A stretch of 64,000 bases of DNA from an uncultured Planctomycetaceae bacterium (GTDB taxonomy: Bacteria > Planctomycetota > Planctomycetia > Planctomycetales > Planctomycetaceae): the NCBI GenBank assembly GCA_963815195.1, contig CAWFGE010000013.1:1-64000 (forward strand). Reading direction: 5' to 3'. Below the pieces are notes generated by a model. It was not told where the DNA came from and did not search any database. It saw only the letters and a list, made by a program, of their open reading frames with translations. Shown here in pieces: positions 1-11,220 of this stretch (within the stretch, counting starts at the first letter, position 1; each line of letters begins with the position of its first letter). The translations under genes were made by a program, and so were the position numbers.

Positions 1-543
1 GTAAACCGCAATTTGCCGTAGCTTCGCGGCGGCGGGAAGGAACTGCCGGCGGGAACTCGGAAGCAGTCGAACCCTTCGAGCCGAATGGGCTCCGGGTTTG
101 GCTCAACAGAGCTTTCCTGGGGAACGAGCGACCGGCGCCATTCCCTCATCCGGGTCTTGAGTTCGATGGGTTTCGCGAGCCGACCCGCCGCCGCCCATTC
201 GAGGCCGTGTTTCCATTCGGCGTTCGCCTGCTCACCGGCCGCCGGTCCGCAGAAAACCGCCAGTTCCTCGACCTCCAGGGCGTGGAGGCGGCCAAAAAGA
301 CCGGCTCCGGAAAATATCTCTGGATCGGCAGGGATCCGAAATAAGGATTCGCGAACAAGGGCTGCCGCCGAACGCGGCACCCAATAAAAAAATCGTCGAT
401 TGCATATCGTGCAACCGACTCGGCCGTCTTGCGGTCTCCCTGAGGACTGTGGGAATTCAAATGGAATTGCCCACACACGGCGCGATCAAGAGGCCCAGGC
501 CAATGGCGATCACGAGTGCTGGGACGCAAATTAAAATTCTCAT
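1..543 (-). CDS. Hypothetical exported/membrane-anchored protein; runs off the window start; one frameshift near 480
   Basis: ATG at 543 gives hydrophobic MRILICVPALVIAIGLGLLIA. After a frameshift the frame VWAIPFEFPQ...GRLHALEVEELAVFCG...SYGKLRF stays open to position 1. Confidence 0.5.
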
Positions 544-608
544 CTTTCATCCTGCGTTTTTTGGAGTAGGGCAACAAAATGACGCGTCGGTTCGTGTCAT
601 TATCGGGA

Positions 609-1225
609 CTATCGCGTCAGATCATGTAATTCTTGCAGGAGTTTTTCCGCGTCCTCATCCGATGGGTCCCAGGGGACGGCAACATAATAATTGTCAGGGA
701 TGCCAAGCAAGGATTTCAAGGGGCGGCTCTGTTCGGGAGAAGCGTCCTGCCGATTCTCGGCTTCGAAATCGTTGTCCCAAAGGACGTTCCCTTCAGGCAT
801 TGGATCACAAAATCCCAGTCGTCCTTGTCCCTGGCATCGGGATTTGGGAGTTCCTCCAAATCCAAATCGAATGCCGCCGCGAGCACCAATTCTCGCCAAG
901 TCGGAACATTGTCTTGCAACAACTCATCGTCTGGAGGCAGTTTGATTTCTTGAAACACCATGGCGCGAATGTGTTCAAACACGCTGGCCACGGCGCCTTC
1001 GAGCACCGCCGTGAGTTCGGGGGCCGGCACGTCTTCACGCAACAGGGCGAGCGTGGCCGTGTGCAGAATGGCGATTTTTTGATTTCGCTGGAGATTCTCG
1101 AAGATCGGGATGTCTGCGCCGCAATCATCGGTTCTCGGAAGATCGACCATCATGCCGACCGACGTTACGAATAGCGTTCTTTCGGCGCCGCGAAGGACGC
1201 GCACGCCACCTGGGGTGTCGTACAT
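609..1225 (-). CDS. Acidic hypothetical protein (~205 aa), frameshift near 795
   Basis: ORFs 716..1225 and 609..899 join at DWDFVIQCL / EGNVLWDNDFE into one coherent protein. Confidence 0.7.
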
Positions 1226-1229
1226 GGGG

Positions 1230-1429
1230 TCATACCTGCCCTAATTCAATCCGTTGGCGCAGATGCTGTTCGACTTCTTTATCCGTGGCGTTCGGATACT
1301 GGCGGCGAATCCCCGCCCGTGCAACGTCGCAAGCGAACGTGTGCAGGTCGAGCGCGATTTTCAGGCGTTGTTCGCCGGTCATCCACGGTAGATTTCGATT
1401 TGCTTGGCGAGGGCTTCATCGGGGGTCAT
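1230..1429 (-). CDS. Small helical hypothetical protein (~66 aa), frameshift near 1385; not in the ORF track
   Basis: Manual translation: MTPDEALAKQIEIYR/MTGEQRLKIALDLHTFACDVARAGIRRQYPNATDKEVEQHLRQRIELGQV*. GAGG lies upstream, and the stop is 4 nt before the next ATG (1225). Confidence 0.7.
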
Positions 1430-1642
1430 GGGATCGCCTCGGAAGAAGCGGGTGTTTGGTGTGGGCTCCGAATCTACGGTAATTCCGGAGGCCGTCGGCT
1501 CGCAAGACAGAGTGGCCGGAGCTTTTTAGGCAAGGGCACCCCGATATTCCAGACTCGATTGGAGCATGCTGATTTGGTTCCACATCACCAAAAGATACAA
1601 TGGGCACAAGTCCTCTGAACTCAAATGGAAAACTGACCAGAT

Positions 1643-4152
1643 ATGACGCACTACGACACCCAAATCAAACAAGCCATTCTGCACCCAGAATCTGCCGTTC
1701 GGGAATATGCGGTACGGGACTACGCCGCGTCCCATAGTTCGGATGAGGCGATTATTCCGCTGGTGATCCAAGCGGTCGAGACGTATGGCCGAGAGACGGC
1801 TTTCGGAATTTTGCGGGCGGCGGATGATTTGCCGCTGACGAATGAAGCCATCGATTGGCTGATGGGCGAACTCGAAGACGATCCACCCGCCCCCTCGCTG
1901 GAACTGGAGAACGCCCGTTTTGCGATGGCCTTGCTGTTGTGCAATCCCCAATCGGATTTGATTCCTCCCCGCGGCCCGGAAATTCTGGCCCTGCCCGGGT
2001 TTCCCGCCCCCTTGAAGCCGACCATGCGTGACATCATGCAAATGGCGAATTGGGACTGGCCCACCGCTTGGCAGAACCTCTTGGATTTGGGGAGGAAAGT
2101 CCGTCGGCGGGGGGAACTCACCACAAGTCAGCATCGGCAGTTCCATCGCTACGTGCAATTCATGGCGCGATTTCGCGAGGAAGGGGCAGAGCAAGTGCTC
2201 GAAACCCTGCCGGCGAATTATTCCGGTCCTCAAAGCGAATTGTTGGATTGGCTGAAGCCTTGGCTCATTTTGTTGGCGGGCCAGATGCGTTTGGAACCGG
2301 CGATCCCGCATTTGATGAAATGGCTGAAGTCTTCGTACGAGGCCGCCGCCGATGAGTGTGGGACGGCTTTGGGATGGATCGGAACCGAGGCCGTGGTGGA
2401 TGCGGTCTGGAAGGCTTGGCCCCGCGCGACGGAACAGGAACGGGTCGGACTCACTTCCGCATTGCGTCCGATTCGTTCCGAGCGCTGCTTTGAGATTTGC
2501 CAAAAGTTATTGCGTCTTGAACGTGCCGAAGATATCGCCGGGATGTTGGGGGATCGGCTTCTCCACCAATTCGATCCTCGTGCGATCGACATCGTTCGCG
2601 GTTTGGTGAAACAGGCGACTCCGATTCGGATCCCGAGATTCGCGACCTGAAATATGATTTGGTGATCGTGGCCACCATCATGGGAAACACGTTTCCCGAA
2701 TACGAACGGTGGTTCGCAGAGGCGAAACGGGACGCCTTCGGCTGGTTCGGGGCCGAAACGCGGTTGCGAATCGCGGATAATTTCCAGACCGATGAATCAC
2801 GGAAGACCGCCTTCGTCAAGCGGATGGCAGCCGACCTGACGGCCCGATTGGCCTCCGACCGCGCCACCCGAGAGCAAATCCTGGAGGCGATTTTGCACCC
2901 CAATCCTCACACCCGCCAGATGGCGGTGGCGTATTTTGCGAAGGGATTTCTGCCGGATCCGGACGTCCTGCCGCGGATCATTCAAGCCGTGGAGAAGTAC
3001 GGCCGCGAGGCGTGTCGTTCCCTCTTTCCCCATGATGGGCTCTTTCACCAGACCGAGCAAACGCTGGATTGGATGATCGAAGAACTTAAGGAGCCTCGAA
3101 GCAACAACGATGACAGAATCCCCTACCAGGTTGTCCTGTCCCGCGTCCTGGCGCACGCCCCGCCGGAGTTGCTCCTAACCCGGCAGACGGATATCGAACA
3201 GTTGGCCGGCGTCGATTCCACATTTCAGGAACGCATCGCGCGGCGGATCGGTTTTTCCAAGTTGGGCCCCGAACATCTCTGGGAGCAACTGGAAGCACTT
3301 TGCGAAGCCGAGAAAAAGACACAATACCTGACGGAGGCCGACCTGCCGCTCGGCTATGACCTCGCCGAGGCTCTGGCCCGCTATCCCGACTTCGCAACGC
3401 CCAAGTGCCTCGAGATCCTGGCCCTGGAGATCGACGACTATGAAGACAATCCGCTGGCTTGGATGGAAGGCTTTATGGTCTACTTGGCCGGCTTGCTGAA
3501 GCTTTCCCAGGCGGTTCCCGCTTTGCTTAACTGGCTTCACACAGAGGATGACTGGTTGAATCCCTTGGCAATGGAAGCCCTGACAAAAATCGGAACGGAT
3601 TCTGTGGTGGAATTGCTGGTTGAGGAGTATCCCGTGAGCGGTTGGAGTTATCGGTTTTCCACGGCGGACATTCTCGGAAAAATCCATTCGGACCTGGCCC
3701 TCATGGCCTGCCTTAGCGTGCCCGACTTGGAATCCGATCCGACGATTCGGACCCAGTGGGCCAGTTCGGCGTTGGAGCAATTTTCCCCCCGAGCCATTGA
3801 TCCCGCCCGTGAGCTGATTTTGGCCGAGGAGGATGATCCGCAGTTTCTCGATTTGCGGGAGGATGTTCTGGCCATCGCGGAGGGTTTGGGGTTGCGGTTT
3901 CCCGAAGACGAACAATGGAGAGAGGACCTCAAGCACGGTCGAAGCCGATTTCGCTTTGGATGGGATGCCGCTGAACCCGGAATGGAAGACGACGAATGGG
4001 GCCGGGAGGATGCGGAGCTTGGCCCCTCCTCGACAACGATTGTCAACGAACAGCCGAAAGTGGGACGAAACGATCCTTGCCCGTGTGGAAGTGGAAAAAA
4101 ATACAAAAAGTGCTGTTTGAAAAACCAGCCTTCCGATCCCCACTGGAATTAA
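1643..4152 (+). CDS. HEAT-like repeat protein with C-terminal SEC-C metal-binding motif; frameshift near 2620
   Basis: The C-terminus is [20 protein letters not shown]. ORFs 1643..2650 and 2659..4152 are two similar helical halves (IKQAILHP / [21 protein letters not shown] / [13 protein letters not shown]). Confidence 0.8.
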
Positions 4153-4370
4153 ATGACCTGGTTGGTGTGCAAAGTTCGCACCGGGTTGACCACCGGATCC
4201 GCAGGGAGCGGATCGAAAACGAATTCTGTGCCCGAATCAGAAAGCAAGATCGGGGAGTTCTGGCGGTTTGTAGCGCGACTTCGCGAGTGGCGGCACGCTC
4301 GAGATCATTTTGAACTAAGCGGATCAGTTAGGCAGAGGGTTCGGCCCGGTCCCGAAATTACGAAACGTCA

Positions 4371-4616
4371 ACCCACTGGTTTACAGGCGTCCTGTTAACC
4401 AGTGGGTGCTGTTCACCAAGAGAGTCCGAGAGTTCGTCCGTGATTTTTCGGGGTCCGGTCGCAACCCTATGGGTTCGGTTCGGACCCCGAAAAATCGTTT
4501 GCCTAACCGAGAGCGCGGCGTTAGGATGGGACGATCGCCGAAAGCCTTTATTTCCCGCGGGTTAAGACAAAACGCCCGACGCTCTCGCATCGGGCATTTT
4601 GAGTAAACCAGTGGGT
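4371..4616. repeat. REP/MITE-like multi-hairpin element
   Basis: ACCCACTGGTTTAC (4371) is the exact inverse of GTAAACCAGTGGGT (4603-4616). There is also a local 17-bp hairpin at 4371-4407 and an internal 16-bp stem GATTTTTCGGGGTCCG/CGGACCCCGAAAAATC. Confidence 0.6.
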
Positions 4617-4640
4617 ACGGGGATTCCGTACAAAAACTTT

Positions 4641-4686
4641 TAGCTCCACAGACAAGGACTCGAACCTTGAACCTAGCGGTTAACAG
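4641..4686 (-). tRNA. 3' half only of tRNA-Asn(GTT); att-site remnant, not a functional tRNA
   Basis: The minus strand reads CTGTTAA-CCGCT-AGGTT-CAAGG-TTCGAGT-CCTTG-TCTGTGGA-G-CTA: anticodon loop, variable loop, T-arm and acceptor 3' strand. No D-arm or 5' acceptor strand lies upstream. Confidence 0.8.
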
Positions 4687-4834
4687 GAGCAGATTTCAAG
4701 AGCTCAACTGGGTGATTCAAAATGTAGTAAAGTGTAGTTAATTGAACGGAAGGTTTCCAGATATGACTGAATTTGACCGGAATTCGGATTAGGATCAAGA
4801 ATCCATGAAAACGCTGGATTAGTAGAGTTTCTGC

Positions 4835-5020
4835 TTACTCGGTGGTGGTGTTCCGATACTTATCGTCCGCAAGAATAAACACGATGTTGGGCGGAGTTTT
4901 GGTTTCCGCGGAGAACCCTTGGGCGCAAAGGCCAAGCCAGAAAGCGGCGGCTCCCAAGACAACGCTGCGCTGCAAAATAGCCGCGAAGCGTTTCGGTTGG
5001 GAACGGGGCGAAAAGAACAT
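4835..5020 (-). pseudogene. Truncated sulfatase N-terminus (signal peptide + PNIVFILADD), interrupted at 4861/4862
   Basis: MFFSPRSQPKRFAAILQRSVVLGAAAFWLGLCAQGFSAETKTPPNIVFILADD is followed by KYRNTTTE* instead of the usual LG..D continuation. An alternative start lies at 5065. Confidence 0.85.
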
Positions 5021-5249
5021 GCGAGGCCTCCCAAAGCGGGCTGGTCGTGAAAGTGATAACGGCATGTGATCGATCACTTTATTACAGAGAGTCCACGGCG
5101 GCCTGTCGAGCCTGTTGATGATTTTTCCGCCGCGGCGGGAATGATCATCCGCCCCGTTCTTCCGCAGCGTATCGAACAGAATCATAGTCCACAAAATCAT
5201 GATTCTGTGAACCATGATTCTGTGATAAACCGTGGAATGCCCCCAAACA

Positions 5250-8200
5250 TCAGAGCGCGGGGCGTTCCGGGGCGAACAGCAGCGCAGTTCGCGGTTCGCC
5301 GCCAGCTTGCGGGGGCCTGATCGGGATACATCACAACCGCCGTCGCCAAGACCAGCCCGCGGTAGTCCGGATTCAGACCGGTGATGTCTTTTTCGAGCGA
5401 TTCAGAGGGTCGGCCGTCTTCGATCAATTTTTTGACATAGCCGAGCGGCGACGTGTGGGTTTTCGGATAAATCTCTTCAAACTTCTCGAGGTAACGCTCG
5501 TAAGGCTGCCCGTTGCGATGGGCGAGTGCCAAAAGATACAAGAGCAGGTGCGGATCCTGAATATTCTCGACCGGCAACTCGAGGGCCTGTTTCTGCCAGC
5601 CTGGTTCCGCTCCGGTTGAAGCCGCGAGCAACACCAGAAGATGAGGCTCGGCCTGGTCTCCGCCCGCGGCGAGATAGGCCTCTTCGACTTTTCCCTCGTT
5701 GAGCATGGAGTAAGCCTGATACGGCGTGCCCTGCATGCGCTCGCCGGTCTCCAAGAGGAGGTATTGGTGCAACAGGACGGAGTCGCCGAGGTCGTCCAAA
5801 TTTGGCGGTTCCTCGACGGCCAAGACTCGGCGAATCCGGGCGGCTTGAATCGCGGAGGATTCCAACCAGGGACCGGTTTCATGGAGCGTGAGTTGATAGC
5901 AATGGAGAGCCTCGTTCCATTCCGCCCGACCGGCGTAAACGTATGCGACCGCGTAGTTCAACCACGGATGGTCGGGCCATTTCTGGAGCGCTTCAAGAAG
6001 GCCTCGTCCTGCTCGGGGCCGTCGGGCATCGCGCAGGATTCCGAGATATTGCCAGTTTGGATCATCCGGGTGCTGGCTGGCGAGTTGCCGGTGTTGCTCG
6101 AGGACTTTCAACAAACCGGCCGAGTGTGCCAAGTCTTGCTCGATCCTCCGGGTCACGACATCGCCGGGGTCGGCCGCGAACCGGGTGGCGACGATTTGGT
6201 CAAAGTCCTTCAATACGCTGGCCTGCGCCAACCAGAACTCGATAAACCGTGCTTTGGAGGTGTCCCAGCGGGCATGCGCGCGAATGGCCTGCTCCCGTTC
6301 GGCGGGATCGGAAGCCGTCCGAAGCGTGTATTGAGGCGGCGTCTGGACGTTGCTACCAAAGATGAGGCGGCTTGTTCCTGAGTCCGCGGAGGCCGGCGGC
6401 TGGGTAAAGATGTCTTTCGCTCCGGTCACCGACCAGCGAGGAAATCCCAGCATCCGCGGCTCGCGTTGAGACGCCCGCCCGTAGATCACGGTCCATTCGA
6501 AGAGGGGAGCCGCCCCCGCCACGTTGTAAACGTAATTTGCGAAGGCTTTGTCCACGCCGGCTTCAAACGATTCGATCTCGCGGCCGTCCGTGGTGCGGGC
6601 GACGATCGGGCAACGCCGATGAGCCCCCACCGAGACCTCGGCGTATTGAAACGGAGCGACCGTCACGTTTTGATCGCTGACGGACACGTTCACCGGAATC
6701 GACAATCCGTTGTAGATGATGACATTCGCGCTGCCCACGTAAAGCCCGGCGAGGACGACCGCCGCCACGATGCTCGAAGCCACGGCAAAACGCAGAAGGC
6801 CCGGTCCCCAGCCGTCGGCGAGGGTAAACCGGCTCCACCAATCGAGCTTCTTTTGCCGATCGCGCTCGCTGCCGCGCGGACGGGTTTTGTATTTTGTGGG
6901 GATGGTGGCGCACGGCGGGGCGGGCCGCGGTTCCTCTTCGCCGAGATACATCGCGGCCACAGTTCTTTCGGCTTTCAAAAGCTCGGCGAGCGCCGCTTTC
7001 CGCAGCGCCCCAAAGCTCCGCACCATCGGAATCACCCAACTGTCCACCACCTCCAGCCATTGGCCGATGTTCTGCTCGTTCGCGGGCGGCAATTCCAGTT
7101 TGGGGAGCATCTCCCGCCATCCGGCGGTTTCGAGTTCCTGGAAAATCGGCTCGGGCAACTGGATGGATTCGGCATGCTGGTCGAGCCGCGACATCACGCC
7201 TTGCAGATCGTTCGCCGAGGCGAGAATGCGGTTCAGCTTCTCCTGGTTCACCCGGCCGGAGGCGGTCGCCATCATCGTGATGTTCGCCAGTTTGCCGTGG
7301 GCGTCGTTGAGATCCGCTTCGCTGTGCTCGGCATAATGCAAGAGTTCCGTCAGGCTGCGGAGATAATCCCACCAGCCGTATTGCACTTTCCGAGCCGCGG
7401 CATCGTGCAGGGTGCGGCATTCCTGGTCGTGTCGTTCGATCGCGGCCAGGATCCCGTCCCGTTCCCGTTTGACCCGCGCGATCAATTGCGGCAACTCGCG
7501 GCGCGGGACGACCCGGCCGCGGTGCCGAATCACGCCGCCGGACGCATCGAAATGCCCGCCTTCAATCGCTTCCAGCATCGCGACTTCTTCGTCCAGGTTG
7601 CGCAGCTCGGTCAAGCGATCCTGCAGGCTTTCCGGGTAGAGTTCTTTGAGCGACTGGGCAAGCTGCTCCTCGCCGGGCGGATCGCCGTACAACAAGACGG
7701 ACTCGGAAACGCCGATCGACACGGGCCGCCCCAAATATGTTCCCCGATACCGCGTGTCGTAAGACTCGTGCGAATACAGAATCCTCGAGCGCGGCGAGGG
7801 CTTCGCCTGTGGACAGCGGTTTCGGCTCTTCGGGAAGCTTGACGCCCTCGAACAGCCTCGCGGTCACGGTTTCCCGCACGTGTTGCGGATCGTCGAACAA
7901 GGTCCAGGCCGATTCCATTTCCAGCGGGGCCTCGATGTAAATCCGCTTGGCGTTCTCTTCGCGTTCGGTGTTCGAAGGATGCGTGGACCACATTCGCGGC
8001 GGCTGGGCGATTTGCTCGGTGAACAGCCGGCAGTTCGCCGGGTTTTCGGGCGGTTTTTCGGGGAGGACGCCGTGGTTCGGATCGTTCAACACCCGCCGCA
8101 TGTGTTCGCTGATCTCGGTCTGCACGGCGAACAGATCCGTGACCGTCCGGCCTTTGCCGAGCTGCCCGTTGGCGAAGTTCAAAGCGCTTTCCCAATCCTC

Positions 8201-9088
8201 GTCGGCGGTCTGCGTGCGGTAGAGCGCTTGAATGAGCGCATCGCTGCCGGTGACCGAGACCGCCACGAGGTCCGCCTGGAATTCCATTTCGCGCGAAAGG
8301 GCGCGGTGGGCAATCACGACCCAGCGGAACGCGGTTTCCATCAGCGAGCGGATCGACCACACGATCGTCCGCATGATCCAGCCGATCCAGGCCACGCGGA
8401 GATCGATGTGCGAAATGAAATCGAGCGTCTTGTCCAAAAAGTCGCGCTTGGCGATGATGTGCCCCGCGATCTGCTCGCCGACGTAGACCCAGCGTCCCAC
8501 GGCCATCGACCGCTGGGCGAAATGTCCGAACTCGTGCGCGAGAACGGCTTTGAGTTCCGAACGCGTGAGCACGTTAACCAGCCCCAGCCCGATGATGAGA
8601 TTCTTCTTCGAGGGCAGGAAGAAGTTCAGAATCGACAGATCGTAGAAAACGGCCGCGTTCACGCCGGGCGACAAGAACACGCGATGCGGCCACAGCGCAC
8701 CGACGTCATCGGCCAACTCGTGCAGAAACGCGAACAGTTCGGGCTGGTCTTTCGCGGTAATCTCGAGGCCGGGCGCATCGGAGCCGGATCGCACGAAAAA
8801 CAGCGCCTTCCACATAAAGACCGCCAGAAACGTCGCAGGCCAGGCCGCGAAAAACGCCGGCGTGGCCCCGTCGCCGCCCCGGAACGCCGCGGCGATCATG
8901 CGGTAAGCCGTGTAAGTAAACCAGCCCGCGAGCCCGACGTACAACAGCACAAACAGGATCAGCCCCAACGTGGCGGTCCAAACGCGAAGCCGGTACGCCG
9001 GCGACGCCTTGGCAAAGTCCGCGGGCTTTCTAAGCGAAGCGGGGGCATCGACAGAGGTCACAAGAACATCCTCGATTGTTTGAGACAC
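5250..9088 (-). CDS. M48-family (HtpX/Ste24-like) membrane metallopeptidase with long helical/TPR-like C-terminal region; several frameshifts
   Basis: It has N-terminal TM helices, VNAAV, ELKAVLAHEFGHF (HExxH) and SREMEFQAD. The frame continues through ORF 5197..7734 and ends LLFAPERPAL* at 5250 after a last shift. Confidence 0.8.
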
Positions 9089-9190
9089 GGATAAAGGCCA
9101 AGATACCCCAAACCCCGCACAGGTTCAATCTTTTGTTCACACGTCCGGCGATCGAGGGTGCGTATCACGAAAGTCGGTCATGGGCAAATC

Positions 9191-9269
9191 TGGGTGGCAC
9201 GTCTCTGAGCCACGAAGGGCGTGGCCATCGCAAAGACCACGCCCTTCGTGCCTCAGGGCGTGCCACCCA
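9191..9269. repeat. REP-like inverted doublet
   Basis: TGGGTGGCACG..CACGAAGGGCGTGG and CCACGCCCTTCGTG..CGTGCCACCCA form an imperfect ~33-bp inverted pair. Confidence 0.75.
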
Positions 9270-9467
9270 AATCCACTTGAACAATACGTCCAGTCATTTT
9301 CCACCTTCTTTCGCCAGACACACTCATCGGCACTGCGGACCCTGCGGTTCACTGGCCGAACGGCTTTGGGAACACTACGATAAACAAAACGCGAGCCGTT
9401 CCGGTTGTTTGTCTCTGGATCACCGCGCCCCCCTGTTTTTCCCACCCCGAATTTGGATTTGACTTCT

Positions 9468-10036
9468 ATGAAGGCTCTCGCGATTCCCATTCTCTTTGCC
9501 CTTGGAACCGCTTTGTGCTGGGGCTGCTACGGCCCAGTGATCGGCAAGGCCCGGCATCCTCAGAAACTTTACTCGCCTTTCAAACCCTACGTCGGAATCG
9601 GCGTGGCCTATCTGGTGTTCGCGATTTTCGGCGGGCTGGGCATGATGGCCGTGTTCGGCGACAACTTTTCGTTCACGGCGGAAGGCCACTCCCAAGCCGC
9701 GATCTGGGGATTCCTGGGCGGCACGCTCGGCGCTTCGGCGCGCTCAGCCTGACGAGTGCGATGCTCAGCTTCGAAGGCCCACCGAAGCCTCAACTCGTCA
9801 TGCCCATTGTCTTCGGCGGGGCGGTGTCGGTCACGGCGTTGATTTCCGTGATTCAAACCCGCAACGAAACGACCGCCAGCCCGTGGCTTTGGGTCGGGAT
9901 GGTCGGCGTGGTCGTGTCGATCGTGCTGGTCGCCTATCACACGCCGCACGCCCATCCCAAAAAGCCCGCGGCTTCGGAAACCGCCGCCGAAAATCCCGCC
10001 GGCACCGAAAGCCAAACGAGCCAGGTCTCGCATTAA
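9468..10036 (+). CDS. Small multi-TM membrane protein (DMT/EamA-like), frameshift near 9730
   Basis: The joined ORFs give five hydrophobic segments (ALCWGCYGP, GGTLGA/FGALSL, VMPIVFGGAVSV). Confidence 0.7.
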
Positions 10037-10100
10037 AGCCGCAGCGCCGTCTGCCGCCGAAATCGATTGTCGCCGATACGATGGGTTGGCCCAGCAACAT

Positions 10101-10154
10101 CTGAAAACCCCGGGAAGCCGTAGCGACTATAACGGCTGTCCGGGTTTTTTTCAG
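10101..10154 (+). terminator. Intrinsic terminator-like hairpin
   Basis: CCCGG..AGCCGT / ACGGCT..CCGGG stem followed by a T7 run downstream of the membrane-protein gene. Confidence 0.55.
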
Positions 10155-10205
10155 GTTAGCCCGGCATTTGACCGAAGCTGTCAGGGAGGTGTTGTTTTTT
10201 TCTTG

Positions 10206-11220
10206 ATGGACGAAGCGGTGCAATCCATGGTGGACGCTTCCCAAGCTGGCCCGGTCATCTGCCCCCCAAACGGAGACGCCCCGGAGACTCCCGGCTCCCT
10301 GGGGCCGCACGTTGGTGCTTTTAGGCCTGGCGGTTCTCTCGAGCATCGGACTGTGTTGCGTCCTGGGCAACAAGAGTTTGCCTCCCGAAACCGGAACCGT
10401 CGCCGGACAGCCAACCCGGATGGTTTCGGATTGGACGGGTCGGATTCGGCGGCTGCTTGTGGAACCTGGGGATTCGGTCGAAGCCGGGCAGCCGCTGGCG
10501 ATTCTGGTCGATGAGCAGCTCATCCTCCAAATCGACCGGCAAAAGCGCGAGGTGGACGAACTCCGCCAAGCCCTTCGCGCCGCCCAACAAAAAGCCGACG
10601 CGGAAGCGGACCGGCGAATTCGCCAACTCGACGCAGAGATCGTGCGGTGCAAAACCACGCCGACCTCGGGTTTTGAAGCCGCTGCAAAACGCCTGCGGGA
10701 GTTGGAGACCGAGCGGCTGGAGTTGGTGCATCAGACCCGGAAGGCCGCCGGGCTCTCGCGGATTCGGCAGGCATTGATCGCGGCGGAAACGGAGCTTCGC
10801 GACTTGCAAACGAGGCCCGTCCAGCAACTTTTGCCGTCGCCGGTCACGGGCAGCGTGCGGCGGTTGTTGCGGGAGCCCGGCGACCGGGTCGTCGCGGGCA
10901 CGCCGATGTTGGAGCTGGCCGATCAAGCGCATCCCGTATTGATCGTCGAACTTCCCGAGCCGGTCGCCAAGCGGTTTGCCTTGGGGGATACCATTCCCCT
11001 GCGGTTTCCGGGGCAAGCGGACAGCATCGGGCGTGTGGCCGACATGCAGCGTTTGGACGCAAGACGGATTCACGCCGGCACCGGGGAGGCTTCCAAGGCG
11101 GAGCGCCGCGTGCGTTTGGAGATCGAGCCGGCGGACGGGACCTGGCCGGTGCTGCCCCTGGAAAGTCCGGTGAAAATCAGGACTTCGGATTCAAACGCTA
11201 TGTCACGCAGGGTCAACTGA
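10206..11220 (+). CDS. HlyD/membrane-fusion-family periplasmic adaptor; probable frameshift near 10310
   Basis: It has a TM anchor and two lipoyl half-motifs (GRIRRLLVEPGDSVEAGQPL; SPVTGSVRRLLREPGDRVVAGTPM) flanking a coiled coil. Confidence 0.8.

Noticed and set aside
4641..4720. Complete tRNA-Asn gene
   Set aside because: The sequence 5' of the anticodon loop cannot form a D-arm or pair with the acceptor and anticodon stems.
10116..10137. GCCGTAGCGACTATAACGGC resembling 23S rRNA helix 69, or a riboswitch
   Set aside because: The match is short and gapped with no flanking rRNA or aptamer similarity; it is explained as the top of a terminator hairpin.
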